A stretch of DNA of 64,000 nucleotides from an uncultured bacterium (GTDB lineage Bacteria > Zhuqueibacterota > QNDG01 > DSAB01): contig CAZIAH010000002.1 in NCBI GenBank assembly GCA_964537715.1, forward strand, positions 536 through 64,535. Direction: 5' to 3'. Below are positions 1-10,197 of the stretch, one piece after another (the stretch's first letter is position 1; each line of letters starts with the position of its first letter). The notes under the pieces are model-generated. The model saw only the letters and a program-made list of their open reading frames with translations. It was not told the origin of the DNA and made no database searches. The position numbers and the translations under genes were made by a program.

Positions 1-2333
1 ACTTCCAGAGTTTCCCGGTTGTACCGCTTCCCCTTGCAGATTTCGCAGGGGATGTAGACGTCCGGTAAAAAGTGCATCTCGATTTTGATGATGCCGTCTC
101 CTTCACAGGCTTCACAGCGGCCACCTCTGACATTGAAGCTGAACCGACCCGGACGATACCCGCGGAGTTTGGCCTCGGGCAGCTGGGCAAACAGATTTCG
201 GATATACGTGAACACTCCTGTATACGTGGCTGGATTGGATCGCGGCGTTCTTCCGATGGGAGACTGGTCGATGTCGATGACCTTGTCGATATGTTCGGTT
301 CCTTCTATGCTTTTATAGGCGAGCGGGACGGCTTTGCTCTGATAAAAGCGCCGCTGAAGAATCGGGTATAGGGTTTCATTGATCAGCGTGGATTTCCCCG
401 AGCCGGAAACGCCCGTGACGCACACTGAAATTCCGAGAGGAATTTCGATCTCGATGGATTTCAAATTGTTTCCACAGGCGCCACTCAGCTTGAGAAACCG
501 GTTGTCCGGTTTTCTCCGTCTAACAGGAACGGGAATCAACTGCTTCCCGGAAAGGTACTGTCCCGTGATGGAATGTTTCGATTCAAGGATCTTATCCGGT
601 GGCCCGGTAACCACGACTTCTCCACCGTGCTCGCCTGCGCCCGGTCCGAGATCGACCACGAAATCGGCGGACAAAATCATGCCCCGGTCGTGTTCGACCA
701 CAAGAACGCTGTTGCCCAGATCCCGGAGTGCCGTCAGAGTATCGATGAGCCGCTTATTGTCCCTCTGGTGAAGACCGATGGAGGGTTCGTCCAAGATATA
801 GAGCACGCCGACCAGTCTGGAGCCGATCTGTGTGGCCAACCGGATACGCTGCGCTTCTCCTCCGGAGAGCGTTCCCGCAGCCCGGTCCAAGGTCAGATAA
901 TCCAGCCCCACATTGACCAGGAATTGAAACCGCTGCTGAATTTCTTTCAATATCTGACGGGCGATGGTGTTTTCGCGTTCGGTCAGATTCAGTGTCTCGA
1001 AAAAAACTTTCGCCTCTTTGATCGAATAACCGGTCACCTCGTGTATGGATTTGTCCGCCACTTTGATCGACAGACTCTCTTTTTTGAGCCGCGCGCCCCC
1101 GCACTCCGGGCAGGAAAGTACGCTCATGTAACTCTCGATCCAGGTACGGATCGACTGGGAATGGGTCTGCTTGTACCGTCGTTCGAGATTGTGAACAATA
1201 CCCTCGTACCGATGTATGAAAAATCCTTCGGCCTTTCTGTTGGCCGATTGGTAGTTGAACCGGAGTTCCTTGCTGCCCGAACCATAGAGAACGATGTCCT
1301 GCTGATCCTGGGTCAATTCCTCGAAAGGAGTGTCCAGAGAAAATCCGTATTCGTCGGCCACGGTTTTGAGCTGTGTGAAATACCATCCGTCTCTGGATTC
1401 GCCCCAGGGTTTGATGGCACCTTCGTTCAAACTTTTTTCCGGATCGGGAACGACATGTTTGGGATCGACCTTCATGATCGATCCCAGACCGTTACAGGTG
1501 GGACAGGCGCCGTAGGGCGAGTTGAAAGAAAAGAGCCTCGGAGAAGGTTCTTCGTAACTGATCCCGCAGTGCACGCAGGCGAAGTTGGCCGAAAAAAGCC
1601 GTTCTTTCTTTTTGACAATGTCAATAATGACCACGCCGGAAGAAAGTTTCAAGGCGGTTTCCAGGGAATCGGCCAATCGAGATGCGATTTCCGGTCCGAC
1701 GATGAGGCGGTCCACAACGACTTCGATACTGTGCTTCTTGTTCTTGTCCAGTTTGATGGGACGGTCCACTTCGCGGACCGATCCGTCCACGCGGACCCGG
1801 ACATACCCGTCCCGACGGATCTGCTCGAAGACTTCCCTGTATTCGCCTTTTCGTCCGCGGATCAGGGGAGCAAGGACCTGAATTCGCGTTCCCTTTTTCA
1901 GTTCGAGGATGGAATCCACCATCTGCTCGATGGTCTGTTTTTCGATGCGGCGTCCGCAGTTGTAGCAATAAGGAATGCCGATGCGGGCGTAGAGGAGACG
2001 GAGATAATCGTAAATTTCCGTCACGGTTCCCACAGTAGAGCGGGGATTTTTCGATGTAGTGCGCTGCTCGATGGAGATGGCCGGCGACAGTCCTTCGATG
2101 GTATCAACATCCGGCTTTTCCATGAGGCCAAGAAACTGTCTCGCATAGGCGGAGAGCGACTCGACATAGCGGCGCTGTCCTTCCGCATAGATGGTATCGA
2201 AGGCAAGAGAGGATTTCCCCGAACCCGACAGGCCGGTGATCACGACCAACTGATTTCTGGGGATATCCAAATCGATGTTTTTCAGATTGTGTTCCCTGGC
2301 GCCCCGAATAGAAAGAAGGTCTTTGTTATTCAT
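1..2333 (-). CDS. uvrA: Excinuclease ABC subunit A (runs off the left edge; 3' end missing)
   Basis: Not in the ORF track; translated by hand from ATG at 2333: [69 protein letters not shown]. The same frame reads KRYNRETLE at the window edge. The 573..2345 + ORF is its antisense shadow. Confidence 0.97.
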   Translation of the reverse strand, partial: MNNKDLLSIRGAREHNLKNIDLDIPRNQLVVITGLSGSGKSSLAFDTIYAEGQRRYVESLSAYARQFLGLMEKPDVDTIEGLSPAISIEQRTTSKNPRSTVGTVTEIYDYLRLLYARIGIPYCYNCGRRIEKQTIEQMVDSILELKKGTRIQVLAPLIRGRKGEYREVFEQIRRDGYVRVRVDGSVREVDRPIKLDKNKKHSIEVVVDRLIVGPEIASRLADSLETALKLSSGVVIIDIVKKKERLFSANFACVHCGISYEEPSPRLFSFNSPYGACPTCNGLGSIMKVDPKHVVPDPEKSLNEGAIKPWGESRDGWYFTQLKTVADEYGFSLDTPFEELTQDQQDIVLYGSGSKELRFNYQSANRKAEGFFIHRYEGIVHNLERRYKQTHSQSIRTWIESYMSVLSCPECGGARLKKESLSIKVADKSIHEVTGYSIKEAKVFFETLNLTERENTIARQILKEIQQRFQFLVNVGLDYLTLDRAAGTLSGGEAQRIRLATQIGSRLVGVLYILDEPSIGLHQRDNKRLIDTLTALRDLGNSVLVVEHDRGMILSADFVVDLGPGAGEHGGEVVVTGPPDKILESKHSITGQYLSGKQLIPVPVRRRKPDNRFLKLSGACGNNLKSIEIEIPLGISVCVTGVSGSGKSTLINETLYPILQRRFYQSKAVPLAYKSIEGTEHIDKVIDIDQSPIGRTPRSNPATYTGVFTYIRNLFAQLPEAKLRGYRPGRFSFNVRGGRCEACEGDGIIKIEMHFLPDVYIPCEICKGKRYNRETLE

Positions 2334-2421
2334 AAGCAGTTATAAAAAGTACTTGTATTTTAACAAAAATATCTTTAAATAGAGCTTTATAATCTAATAT
2401 AATTAAAGGAGGAAATCAACG

Positions 2422-3204
2422 ATGAAAAGGACTTTGTCCGTTTTTTTATTGCTTTTCCTTGTTCAGATTTGTCTTTGTCCTCTTTTTGCCCAGGAGGTAA
2501 CCGAAGATTCTGTCGCAAAGTACCTGGCACTTGGGAATTCCCTGTCCGATCAATGGCAACATAAAGAGGCCATCGCTGCTTATCAAAAAGCGCTTAAATT
2601 TGATCCCGACAGTTATGAAGCCAACTGGAAAACCGGGGATCAGTACACGGAGTATGCCGATCGTCTCCCGGATGATCAGAAAATCCAAAAAGAAACCTAT
2701 TTTGAAAAGGCTCGTCAATTTTGTGAGAAAGCAATCAAAGTGAATCCGCAAGGCTACGAAGGCCATTTCCGTCTGGCTGTGGCATTGGGGCGTCTGGCTC
2801 TGTTTCGCGGCGGGAAAGAGAAGATCAAGCTTTCGAAGATGATCAAGGCCGAAGGCGATACGGCCCTATCTCTCAATCCCCAGGCCGATCTGGTCTGCCA
2901 TCTCTTGGGACGCTGGCATCAGGAACTGGCCAACTTAAGCGGTGTGCTCAAATTTTTTGCCGGTGTTTTTTTCGGCGGCTTGCCACCCGCTTCCAATGAA
3001 GAGGCCGTTGCATTTTTCAAAAGAGCCATCGAGATCAATCCCAACCACATCGAGCACTATCTCGAATTGGCCCGAACCTATAAGTATATGGGTGAAAAGG
3101 AATTGATGCGCGAACCTCTTGAAAAACTGCTGACCCTTCCCAATGTAGAGGAGGACGATCAGAAATATAAAGATGAAGCCGAAGAGATGTTGAAAAAATT
3201 GTAA
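2422..3204 (+). CDS. Secreted TPR-repeat protein (RMD1/FAM82-like helical repeats)
   Basis: RBS AAAGGAGG; hydrophobic signal peptide ending LFA-Q; TPR-like units (AIAAYQKALKFDPDSYEANW, AVAFFKRAIEINPNHIEHYLELA). Confidence 0.8.
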   Translation: MKRTLSVFLLLFLVQICLCPLFAQEVTEDSVAKYLALGNSLSDQWQHKEAIAAYQKALKFDPDSYEANWKTGDQYTEYADRLPDDQKIQKETYFEKARQFCEKAIKVNPQGYEGHFRLAVALGRLALFRGGKEKIKLSKMIKAEGDTALSLNPQADLVCHLLGRWHQELANLSGVLKFFAGVFFGGLPPASNEEAVAFFKRAIEINPNHIEHYLELARTYKYMGEKELMREPLEKLLTLPNVEEDDQKYKDEAEEMLKKL

Positions 3205-3231
3205 TGTGAATATCCAACACGTTTTCGGATG

Positions 3232-3261
3232 AAGCCCCGGATGTTTTTCCGGGGTTTTTTT
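3232..3261 (+). terminator. Intrinsic terminator after the TPR gene
   Basis: CCCCGGA-tgtttt-TCCGGGG followed by a T7 run. Confidence 0.85.
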
Positions 3262-3278
3262 ATTGATTGGAAAGATGG

Positions 3279-3397
3279 GGAACGGGGAAAGTGGAACGGG
3301 GAACGCATAATGGAGACGGGAGAACGGAAATCGGAGAAAGGGAAAAAGATAAAGGAGAAAGGGAAAAGACAAAGGATAAAGAATAAAGAATAAAATA
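3279..3397. repeat. Degenerate purine-rich heptamer array between convergent genes
   Basis: About 16 consecutive 7-mers: GGAACGG GGAAAGT GGAACGG GGAACGC ATAATGG AGACGGG AGAACGG AAATCGG AGAAAGG GAAAAAG ATAAAGG AGAAAGG GAAAAGA CAAAGGA TAAAGAA TAAAGAA. Confidence 0.7.
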
Positions 3398-3479
3398 ATT
3401 GATGTTTGATGATGGTTGTTGGTTTGGGAGTTAACCCGTCAGGGTTTTATTGAATGAAAGGCTGAAACTTGAATCCCCG

Positions 3480-4583
3480 TCAGGAAAGCTGGAGTGCGAT
3501 TTCGTCGGCCAGTAAAAATCCTCTGGTGCTCAGCGAGAAACGGCCGTTTTGTTCGGTGGCGAATCCGCTCTGAACCAATTCCCGAATAACGTGTTGCTTT
3601 TTGGATAGTTTCGACAGAGGGACACCTTCGCGTGTCCGGAGCGCGAGCGCGAGCTGTTCAAGTGTCTGCTGCTCGGGATCGAGCGTTTCTTCTCCGGCAA
3701 GGGGGGGACGATTTTCCGAAAGTGCCTGAATGTATTCGTGCACATCCGTAACATTCCAGTATCTTTTATCGCCCAAAAATGAATGGGCCGAGGGACCCAG
3801 GCCGAAATAGGGGACGCCTGTCCAGTATGCTTCATTGTGTCTGCATCGACATCCCGGTCTGGCATAATTGGAGATTTCATAATGTTCAAAGCCGTGTTCG
3901 GTAAGGAATTTCGATGTGGCAAGATACATGTCCGTGGTGACATCCTCATCGGGATACGGCAGGATGCCGGATCGGATCTGCTGGCCGAGCTGGGTTTCGT
4001 TGTCCCATGTCAGCGTGTATGCCGAAATATGATCCGGGGAAAGCGAAATTATTTTTCCCAATGTGTCCTGCCACTTGGCCAGGGTCTGTCCGGGCAGACC
4101 GTAGATGAGATCCATATTGATGTTTTTAAAACCGGCTTCTCCGGCTAAGCGAATAGCATCGATACCTTCCGTGCTGTTGTGCACTCTTCCCAATAATTCA
4201 AGTTCGTCTTCATGAATCGACTGCACGCCGATGCTGATCCGGTTGATTCCGATTTCCCGATAGAATGTCAGTTTGTTCAACGTGAGTGTGCCGGGATTGG
4301 CCTCGATGGTGATTTCCGGGTTTGGATTGACCGGAAATGAAAGCGCGACTGCATCCAATACGGCGGCCATTTCTTCTTCAGGCAGAAGTGAAGGCGTGCC
4401 GCCGCCCAGATAGATTGTTTCGATGGGACTATCTTCCGATCTCGTTTCGGAATATAATTCGATTTCTTTTTGAAGGGCGTCGATGAATTGCGGAACGAGT
4501 TCCTGCTGTTTTTCAATGGAATAGAAATCGCAGTAATTGCATTTTTTCAGACAGAATGGAAAGTGTATGTATAGTCCGGCCAT
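3480..4583 (-). CDS. hemW: Radical SAM heme chaperone HemW (HemN-like)
   Basis: LYIHFPFCLKKCNYCDFYS, TIYLGGGTPSLL, EITIEANPGT, HYEISNYARPG...HNEAYW; located downstream of lepA-lepB. Confidence 0.92.
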   Translation of the reverse strand: MAGLYIHFPFCLKKCNYCDFYSIEKQQELVPQFIDALQKEIELYSETRSEDSPIETIYLGGGTPSLLPEEEMAAVLDAVALSFPVNPNPEITIEANPGTLTLNKLTFYREIGINRISIGVQSIHEDELELLGRVHNSTEGIDAIRLAGEAGFKNINMDLIYGLPGQTLAKWQDTLGKIISLSPDHISAYTLTWDNETQLGQQIRSGILPYPDEDVTTDMYLATSKFLTEHGFEHYEISNYARPGCRCRHNEAYWTGVPYFGLGPSAHSFLGDKRYWNVTDVHEYIQALSENRPPLAGEETLDPEQQTLEQLALALRTREGVPLSKLSKKQHVIRELVQSGFATEQNGRFSLSTRGFLLADEIALQLS

Positions 4584-4586
4584 GGA

Positions 4587-5540
4587 TCAATGGATGAGAT
4601 TGAGTATTCGTCCAAACCGGATTTTCTGAAATATCCGGTACAGGGGAACGTCTTTTGCCCAGGACCAGTAAATGATCAGTGCTTCGCCCACGACGAGCCG
4701 TTCAGGCACACACCCCCAGTAGCGGCTGTCCAGACTGTTGTCCCGGTTGTCGCCTAACATAAAGTAGTGGTGATGCTTGATTACGTAAAAATAATCGTTC
4801 AACGGATGTCCGTTAATCGAAAAACTGTCTGCCGGATACGATTGAAAGGCCCGCTGCCACTGGTGCTGATTTTTTGCCGTGAGTCGTGTGCTTTCTCCCC
4901 CGTAACTCAGTATGATTTTGTTGCCTTCGTATAAAACGATCTGAAGCTGTTCGAACCAGTCTTTCGTATTGGACGGGTTGAAAAAGAGCGTGTCTCCTGG
5001 AGCAGGTATACGAATGGGACCGTAGTTGTCCCGGTTTCCGGCGCCTGGTGGGAAAATGCCGTATTCCTTGTAATCTTTCGGATAGATACGGCTGTCGATA
5101 TGTTTTCCCTTGGGGGCATCCTGGAATCGTTTCCCGTTCACATAAACGATTTTGTTTTTTATCTCGACAGAGTCACCACTCACGGCCAGACAGCGTTTGA
5201 TGTAATTCTGGGACTGGTCTCTCGGCTGTTTGAAGATGACCACATCTCCCTGTTTCGGTTTTCGGAATCCAGGGGTCTGAACGAACGGTACTGTGATGCC
5301 GATCTTGGTATACGGAATGCCGATCCAATCGGGTGTACGAAGTCCGAAAACGAATTTGTTGGCAAGAAGAAAATCCCCAACGAGCAGAGTGTTTTCCATC
5401 GAACCGGTGGGAATTCGAAAAGGATAAATCACGAATGCCCGGATGACGAGGGCAATCAGCAGTGCCGTAACAAAGGGTTCGAGATATTCTTTGGTCAGGT
5501 TTTTTGAATTCTTTTTTTGGGTTTCTTTTTGTTCAGCCAT
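4587..5540 (-). CDS. lepB: Signal peptidase I
   Basis: N-terminal TM; IPTGSMENTLLVGDFLLANK (Ser), YIKRC (Lys), GDNRDNSLDSRYWG. Confidence 0.96.
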   Translation of the reverse strand: MAEQKETQKKNSKNLTKEYLEPFVTALLIALVIRAFVIYPFRIPTGSMENTLLVGDFLLANKFVFGLRTPDWIGIPYTKIGITVPFVQTPGFRKPKQGDVVIFKQPRDQSQNYIKRCLAVSGDSVEIKNKIVYVNGKRFQDAPKGKHIDSRIYPKDYKEYGIFPPGAGNRDNYGPIRIPAPGDTLFFNPSNTKDWFEQLQIVLYEGNKIILSYGGESTRLTAKNQHQWQRAFQSYPADSFSINGHPLNDYFYVIKHHHYFMLGDNRDNSLDSRYWGCVPERLVVGEALIIYWSWAKDVPLYRIFQKIRFGRILNLIH

Positions 5541-5557
5541 TCACATACCTCAATCAT

Positions 5558-7354
5558 TTATTTGATCTGCAGCACTGCGAGAAAAGCTTCCTGCGGGATC
5601 TGTACCCTTCCCACTTGTTTCATACGTTTTTTCCCTTCCCGCTGTTTCTCGAGCAGCTTTCTTTTTCTTGTGATATCTCCCCCGTAGCATTTTGCTGTTA
5701 CATTTTTGCGGAGGGGTTTGACTGTTTCCCGTGCGATAATTTTCGAACCGATCGCAGCCTGAATCGCGACTTCGAACATCTGTCTGGGGATGAGTTCTCG
5801 CAGTTTCTGAGTCAGTTTTTTACCCCATTCGTAAGCTTTATCTCTATGAACGATCATGGAGAGCGCGTCCACGGGATCTCCGTTGATCAGGATATCGAGT
5901 TTCACGAGGTGGGATTCTCTGAATTCAAGGAAATCATAATCGAAGGAAGCATACCCTTTGGAGATGGTTTTTAATTTGTCATAAAAATCGAACACGATTT
6001 CTGAAAGAGGAAATTCATATTCCAGATCGACCCGTGTCTGATCCAGATAGGTTGTATTTTTGTAAATCCCGCGTCTTTCCTGAGCCAGTTTCATCAGATT
6101 GCCCATAAATTCGGAAGGGACGATGATCTGGGCGGAAATAAAAGGCTCCTCAAATTTTTGAATGTTTTGCACCGGCGGCAATTCGGCCGGGTTGTCAATA
6201 TTTTTGATTTGACCCTCCGAATTAGTAATTCTGAATTCCACATTGGGAATGGTCGTGATTAAATTCTGTTCGTATTCTCTCTCAAGGCGCTCCTGAACGA
6301 TTTCCATGTGAAGCAATCCGAGAAAACCCACTCTGAAGCCGAAACCGAGAGCAATGGAACTTTCCGGCTGAAAAATCAGCGACGAATCGTTAAGCTGTAA
6401 ACGCTCCAGGGCATTTCTCAGTTCCTCGGTTTCATCTGTAGATGCGGGATACATCCCCGAAAAAACCATGGGTTTGGGTTCGCGAAATCCCGGAAGCGGA
6501 GAGGATGCCGGATTGTTTTCGAGAGTAATCGTGTCGCCAACTTTCGCATTTTTAAGATTTTTCACTCCCGCAATGAGATAGCCCACTTCTCCGCTTTTCA
6601 AACAATCTGTCGCATGCCGGTGCAGTTTGAGAATTCCCAGTTCTTCTACTTCGTAGGTTTTTTTATTGGACATAAACTGGATGATATCGTTTTTATGGAT
6701 TTCGCCATCGACCACACGGATATAGACGATGGCTCCGCGGTAATAGTCGAATACCGAATCAAAAATCAGTGCTCTTAACGGTAAATTGGAATCTCCTTTT
6801 GGCGGAGGAATCCTATCGATGACCGCTTTGAGTACGGCCTCCGTGCCAGTTCCCTCCTTGGCACTGATCTGAAGAATTTCGGATTCATCGGTGCCGATCA
6901 GTTCCTGGATCTGTTTTTTAGTTGTGTCGATTTGGGCGCTCGGAAGATCAATCTTGTTGATCACCGGTATGATGGTCAGATCGTTTTCGAGAGCGAGATA
7001 GATGTTACTTACAGTCTGGGCCTCGACACCCTGTGTGGCATCCACGATCAAAAGGGCGCCTTCACAGGCCGCAAGGCTTCTTGAAACTTCATATGAAAAA
7101 TCGACATGGCCCGGAGTGTCGATCAGATTCAGATGATAGATTTTTCCGTCCTGAGCGTGATAATGCATCGTGATCGCATGGGCCTTAATTGTGATTCCGC
7201 GTTCTCTTTCGAGATCCATGTTGTCGAGAATCTGGTTGATCATCGATTCGGGAGAGATCGTTTTCGTGGCTTCCAGAAGACGATCCGCCAGCGTCGATTT
7301 GCCATGGTCGATATGAGCAATGATGCAAAAATTTCGAATATTTTTTTTCTGCAT
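5558..7354 (-). CDS. lepA: Elongation factor 4 (LepA)
   Basis: [31 protein letters not shown]-terminal [25 protein letters not shown]. Confidence 0.99.
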   Translation of the reverse strand: MQKKNIRNFCIIAHIDHGKSTLADRLLEATKTISPESMINQILDNMDLERERGITIKAHAITMHYHAQDGKIYHLNLIDTPGHVDFSYEVSRSLAACEGALLIVDATQGVEAQTVSNIYLALENDLTIIPVINKIDLPSAQIDTTKKQIQELIGTDESEILQISAKEGTGTEAVLKAVIDRIPPPKGDSNLPLRALIFDSVFDYYRGAIVYIRVVDGEIHKNDIIQFMSNKKTYEVEELGILKLHRHATDCLKSGEVGYLIAGVKNLKNAKVGDTITLENNPASSPLPGFREPKPMVFSGMYPASTDETEELRNALERLQLNDSSLIFQPESSIALGFGFRVGFLGLLHMEIVQERLEREYEQNLITTIPNVEFRITNSEGQIKNIDNPAELPPVQNIQKFEEPFISAQIIVPSEFMGNLMKLAQERRGIYKNTTYLDQTRVDLEYEFPLSEIVFDFYDKLKTISKGYASFDYDFLEFRESHLVKLDILINGDPVDALSMIVHRDKAYEWGKKLTQKLRELIPRQMFEVAIQAAIGSKIIARETVKPLRKNVTAKCYGGDITRKRKLLEKQREGKKRMKQVGRVQIPQEAFLAVLQIK

Positions 7355-7653
7355 GACCGGTCAATATAACATTTTTAAGTATTATAGTCAATGACGAAAA
7401 ATCGGGCATTATTAACCGATCCATTAGAAACCAGTCCGATCTCATCCCGATTTGAAGAAATGGACGTTTGTTGTTTCGTTGCATTTTCCCATACCGCAGG
7501 AAAATATTGCCTGCTTTCTTAAAGTCAGATACATCCGGACAGTCAGACAAAACAAGGTTATTTAATGTCAAGCATGTTTTATGCTTATAATTATTTAGAA
7601 TTTAGAACAATTACAATATTTAACTGAATAAAAATTCCACCTGAGATTCATGT

Positions 7654-7668
7654 TGGTATGTTTTATGC
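7654..7668 (+). promoter_or_regulatory. Putative sigma-54 (-24/-12) promoter for the HEAT gene
   Basis: TGGTATGTTTTATGC: GG and GC separated by 10 nt, ~100 bp upstream of the start codon. Confidence 0.45.
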
Positions 7669-7765
7669 CTTGTTTTAACACATTGTATATCCAACCACGG
7701 GGAGGTGGTCCTATCGATTAGATCTTTTGTGCCCTGAATATCAATATATATAAAGGAGGATTATT

Positions 7766-8812
7766 ATGGAATTATCGGTACTCAATTTTTTGCCTGAAAG
7801 TATGGTGCCGATAAACAGGGGAATTTTATTTGTTCTTGTTTTAATTTTATTGATCGCGATGTCGGGCTTTCTTTTTTCCGTCTATTTTCATGAAAAAAGG
7901 AAGCAATACATCGCAAAAATGGCTTTGATCTGGAAGGAAATGATTGATTCCATATTCGAGCAAAATTCTGTTCTTGCCGAAATGAATATTTCCGACAAGG
8001 ATAGAAAGTATTTCAGGGATTTTCTTGTCTATGAATATTTTGAGCGGTCTGTAATCGATCAGTATAAAATACGGCATTTGTATAAACATCTTGGTTTTTT
8101 GGATGAAGATTTGTTCCAATTGAGAAATCGTGGCGTGTGGAAAAAGGTAGAAGCGCTGAAGCGGCTGACAGAGTTACATTTTGAGGATGCAGAAGCGGTC
8201 GTTGTGGATCTGCTTGAGGATAGAAAAAGTGAGGTCCGAATGGCCGCTTTGAAAATGTTGTCCACGATTAACAGCAAGCTGTTGTTTGACATGCTTCCCG
8301 CTCTTTTTGAGAACCATTCCCAATGGAATTGTCAAAAATTGGTAAATATCCTTTTTGCCGCGGAAATACCAGCGGGTTGTTTAAGGTCGCTGGCCTCTTC
8401 TTTGAATGGAGAACTGAGAAAAGCTGCTGCCCTGCTTCTTGGAGCAGATGGGAAAGAAGAAGCGATACCCATGTTGTGTGTTCTGGCCAAAGATCCGCTC
8501 AACGAGGTGCGTCGGGAAGCTGTGGCTGCTCTGGGCCGCATCAATTCTGACGAGACGATCGTACTGGTATCGAGGAAGTCTTTCGATCGTCATCCTCCTG
8601 TGCGTGAAACCGTGGCGAAAGCGCTGAGGAATGCGCAGGGAGATCAAAAACTTTTTGTGCTGAATCGTTTGGCCGATGACCCGGAATATAATGTGCGTTA
8701 TCATGCTTTCTTTTCTTTGAATTTGATGGGGCCGAACGGGAAGGACGTTATTCGTACTTACTCAAATAAGTATCCGGATCTTGTCAGAGAATTTGTTCCA
8801 GCCACTTGTTGA
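7766..8812 (+). CDS. Membrane-anchored HEAT-repeat protein
   Basis: RBS AAAGGAGG; one N-terminal TM; HEAT/PBS-lyase repeats (LLEDRKSEVRMAALKML, LAKDPLNEVRREAVAALGRI, LADDPEYNVRYHA). Confidence 0.85.
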   Translation: MELSVLNFLPESMVPINRGILFVLVLILLIAMSGFLFSVYFHEKRKQYIAKMALIWKEMIDSIFEQNSVLAEMNISDKDRKYFRDFLVYEYFERSVIDQYKIRHLYKHLGFLDEDLFQLRNRGVWKKVEALKRLTELHFEDAEAVVVDLLEDRKSEVRMAALKMLSTINSKLLFDMLPALFENHSQWNCQKLVNILFAAEIPAGCLRSLASSLNGELRKAAALLLGADGKEEAIPMLCVLAKDPLNEVRREAVAALGRINSDETIVLVSRKSFDRHPPVRETVAKALRNAQGDQKLFVLNRLADDPEYNVRYHAFFSLNLMGPNGKDVIRTYSNKYPDLVREFVPATC

Positions 8813-8925
8813 ATGTCCGGTTAAAATTTTTTTTATGATTATTCCCACAATGGTGTTGATTGATTCCATTGCAGGGAAGGGAAATATATTATTGCATGCT
8901 CATATCACTCATCCACATGTAAATC

Positions 8926-8967
8926 TTGAAAAAAGAACTTGACATTCAATAATCATTATTATATTTT
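8926..8967 (+). promoter_or_regulatory. Sigma-70-type promoter of tRNA-Asn
   Basis: TTGACA at 8939-8944 with an A-tract upstream and an AT-rich -10 region, ~20 bp before the tRNA. Confidence 0.6.
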
Positions 8968-8983
8968 TATCTGGTATTCAAAA

Positions 8984-9055
8984 TCCGGAGTAGCTCAATG
9001 GTAGAGCGGGTGGCTGTTAACCACTAGGTTGGGGGTTCGAGACCCTCCTCCGGAG
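8984..9055 (+). tRNA. tRNA-Asn: tRNA-Asn (GTT), CCA not encoded
   Basis: Acceptor stem TCCGGAG/CTCCGGA; D-arm TAGCTCAATGGTAGAGC; anticodon arm GGTGG-CT GTT AA-CCACT; T-loop GGTTCGA; discriminator G followed by CAA. Confidence 0.97.
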
Positions 9056-9064
9056 CAAAAATAG

Positions 9065-9091
9065 AGGTCCAAAATAGGTTGGGCCTTTTTT
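9065..9091 (+). terminator. Intrinsic terminator after tRNA-Asn
   Basis: AGGTCCAA-aatagg-TTGGGCCT then a T run. Confidence 0.7.
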
Positions 9092-9552
9092 GTTTATATC
9101 GGAATCTAAACCTAGGACGCTTCCAACTCTGAAGATTGCATTATCGGGGTGGTAAAAAAGATCAACAACGATTTTCCTCTCGCTTTTCGGCTTGGTAGCC
9201 TTCGACTACCTGTGCGTGAATTTCAAACTAAAATTCCCCATTTTTTTTACTTTAAAATTCCACAATTATGGGAATCTATCCCTTTGGGAAAAGAAAAAAA
9301 TTATTTCATATTATTTGCTACTACACTTAAAAAAGACTTTTTTCTATCTTTTAAGCGATAGCCCAAATTTGGTCCGATTTTAAAAACACTTCAATGATTT
9401 TCCAATTGAAAAGATTTGATCCAAAAATGTACCCAAATTATAATTTTTTTATTTTTCTTATTTACTATAAGTCCTTTCAATAGGTTTTATGTTTTATATT
9501 CAATAATTATTACTGAAAAAATCAGGAAAACTGACCATTAAATAAAAAAACC

Positions 9553-9581
9553 TTGCATTTTAATTAAATATATTGTATAAT
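9553..9581 (+). promoter_or_regulatory. Sigma-70-type promoter for the precursor peptide
   Basis: TTGCAT (9553-9558) - 17 nt - TATAAT (9576-9581). Confidence 0.7.
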
Positions 9582-9750
9582 ATAAAGAGATAGTACATTT
9601 CATGGACGAACAGTAAAAAAAGGACTTCTTAAACCTCATTAATTCGGCGTCTTTTGTTATAATTTCAATTGCTTCCGATGGGATTGGCTACATTGATTGT
9701 AAATGGTTGATTGGAAAGTTTTTCTAATAATTTTTAAAAGGAGAGAAATT

Positions 9751-10038
9751 ATGGAAGAAAGAAAATCACCAAAATCAAAAGTGGAATCCACATTTGATTT
9801 TAAAAGTTCAATCGAAAAAGACGATGCTTTGGTCTTGGAACTATTAGATAGTCCAATTAAGACTCTGAAAAATCGTGACATCAGATGTGATCAAGAGATG
9901 ATCAACAATCTAAACAAGGTTCGAAATAATGTTCTTGATCGCGCCAGGGCTGCATTTATTGAATCCGGTATCGCTAAAACTAGCCTTATGGGTTGTATGG
10001 GCTGTATGGGCTGTATGGGATGTTCTGATATAATGTAG
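9751..10038 (+). CDS. Putative RiPP precursor, 95 aa, C-terminal (MGC)4-SDIM core
   Basis: RBS AAAAGGAG before ATG 9751 (the ORF track starts at 9703); charged, helical-looking leader, then MGCMGCMGCMGCSDIM*; directly upstream of an rSAM/SPASM gene. Confidence 0.8.
   Translation: MEERKSPKSKVESTFDFKSSIEKDDALVLELLDSPIKTLKNRDIRCDQEMINNLNKVRNNVLDRARAAFIESGIAKTSLMGCMGCMGCMGCSDIM
9988..10023 (+). repeat. 4 x 9-bp coding repeat (ATG GGN TGT)
   Basis: atgggttgt atgggctgt atgggctgt atgggatgt; variation occurs only at the Gly wobble base. Confidence 0.95.
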
Positions 10039-10099
10039 AAAGAAATCATCCAATTTAGCCAGCAAATATCTTCACATCCAAACAATTGGAAGTTTTACA

Positions 10100-10153
10100 T
10101 ACTTAGAATTATCACAGCAAGAGGTTTATTAACTCTTGCAGTAGTTCTAAGTA
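10100..10153 (+). other. Intergenic stem-loop between precursor and rSAM genes
   Basis: TACTTAGAATT...GCAAGAG / CTCTTGC...AGTTCTAAGTA; no downstream U-tract. Confidence 0.6.
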
Positions 10154-10197
10154 ACTAGATATTATTGTATTTAGAGAATGAAAATAAAGCATAAAAA

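Noticed and set aside
573-2345. 590-aa + strand ORF
   Set aside because: Antisense shadow of uvrA; the minus strand gives a textbook UvrA.
2334-2421. LexA/SOS box upstream of uvrA
   Set aside because: No palindrome matching a LexA box I recognise.
9176-9225. Short hairpin GGTAGC-CTTCG-ACTACC with flanks, considered as riboswitch, IS end or group II intron domain
   Set aside because: It does not fit the c-di-GMP-I or domain V patterns I know and occurs once; unassignable.
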